64,000 nt of DNA from Squalus acanthias. Taxonomy: Eukaryota. The stretch's first letter is position 1. Each line of letters opens with the position of its first letter. Positions 62,516 through 64,000 of the stretch are shown piece by piece. Below the pieces are notes generated by a model. The model had not been told where the DNA came from. It searched no databases and saw nothing but the letters and a program-made list of their open reading frames with translations. Position numbers and translations under genes: made by a program. The stretch spans positions 166,162,001 to 166,226,000 of the forward strand of contig CM059425.1 of assembly GCA_030390025.1 (NCBI GenBank). The letters are read 5' to 3'.

Positions 62516-64000
62516 GAGGGTGATTCATTAACTCATTTCTCTTATCTGGAAGGAGGAGAGCATGCCAGAGGATCTCAGAGACGCCGTAATTGTGACCATC
62601 TTCAAGAAAGGTGACAAGTCCGATTGCGGTAATTACAGAGGAGTTTCCCACAGGGAAAGTCATCGCAAGAATCCTCCTCAATCGCCTTCTCCCAGTGGCC
62701 GAAGAGCTCCTCCCAGAGTCGCAATGCGGATTCCGCCCACTAAGGGGCATAATGGACATGATCTTCACCGCACGTCAATTACAAGAGAAATGCAGGGAAC
62801 AGCACCAACCGCTGTACATGGCCTTCTTTGATCTCACAAAGGCCTTCGACACTGTCAACCGTGAGGGATTATGGAATGTCCTCCTCAAATTCAGCTGCCC
62901 TCAAAAGTTTGTCACCATCCTCCGCCTGCTTCACGACGACATGCAAGCCGTGATCCTGACCAACGGATCCACCACAGACCCAATTCACGTACGGACCGGG
63001 GTCAAGCAAGGCTGTGTCATCGCACCAATGCTCTTCTCGATCTTCCTTGCTGCAATGCTCCATCTCACCCTCAGTAAGCTCCCCACTGGAGTGGAGCTAA
63101 TTTACAGAACAAACGGGAAACTGTTCAACCTCCGTCGCCTCCAGTCCAGATCCAAGGTCGTTCCATCCTCTGTTGTCGAATTACAGTATGCAGACGACGC
63201 TTGCGTCTGTGCTCACTCGGAGGTCGAACTCCAAACCATTGTCAACACCTTCACCGAAGCGTACGAGAGCATGGGCCTTACACTAAACATCCATAAGACA
63301 AAGGTCCTCTACCAACCTGCCCCCGCCACACTGTACTGCCCCTGATTATCAAAATCCACGACAAGGCCTTGGACAACGTGGACCACTTTCCATACCTCGG
63401 GAGCCTACTGTCAACAAAGGCAGACGTCGATGATGAAGTCCAACACCGCCTTCAGTGTGCCAGTGCAGCCTTTGGTCGCCTGAGGAAGAGAGTGTTTGAA
63501 GACCAGGTCCTCAAACCCGGCACTAAGCTCATGGTCTACAGAGCAGCAGTTATACCCGCCCTCCTGTATGCCTCAGAGACATGGACCATGTACAGCAGGC
63601 ACCTCAAAGCACTGGAGAGGTACCACCAACGCTGCCTCCGCAAGATCCTGCAAATCCATTGGCAGGATAGGCGCACCAACGTCAGTGTTCTCGCTCAGGC
63701 CAACATCCCCAGCATCGAAGCTTTGACCACGCTCGATCAGCTCCGATGGATGGGCCACATCGTCCGCATGCCCGATACGAGACTCCCGAAACAAGCGCTC
63801 TACTCAGAGCTCTGGCACGGCAAGAGAGCCCCAGGTGGGCAGAGGAAACGCTTCAAGGACACCCTCAAAGCCTTCTTGAAAAAGTGTAACATCCCCACCG
63901 AATGGGGATGGCCAAGACTGCACAAAGTGGAGGAGAAGCATCGGGAAGGCGCCGAACACCTCGAGTCTCTTCGCCGGGAGCAAGCGGAAGCCAAGCGCAG
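62516..64000 (+). mobile_element. RTE-clade LINE (RT and C-terminus), runs off the window
   Basis: KKGDKSDCGNYRG, LPESQCGFR, FFDLTKAFDTV, GVKQGCV, LQYADD. Confidence 0.92.

Overview
Eukaryotic vertebrate DNA, almost certainly a cartilaginous fish (shark), inferred from the HE1 V-SINE, Deu-domain SINE and the CR1/Penelope families present. The window is mostly nested, decayed transposable elements. These include many CR1/L3 LINE copies, three copies of a second CR1-group LINE, an RTE LINE, one truncated Gypsy LTR element and Penelope (GIY-YIG) elements with minimal hammerhead ribozymes. It also holds about 12 PIF/Harbinger DNA transposons (transposase plus convergent, intron-containing Myb/SANT gene) and their non-autonomous derivatives. 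I recognise no host protein-coding gene. A CpG-rich, promoter-like island at about 20.5-21.5 kb has a few well-formed splice signals nearby. The most unusual signal is a non-autonomous Harbinger family (3 copies) whose non-coding interior keeps a complete small intron followed by five hairpins with compensatory base changes between copies. A second, unrelated MITE shows a similar hairpin-array plus splice-donor-cluster design. All analysis was by eye; family names come from recalled motifs, not database searches.
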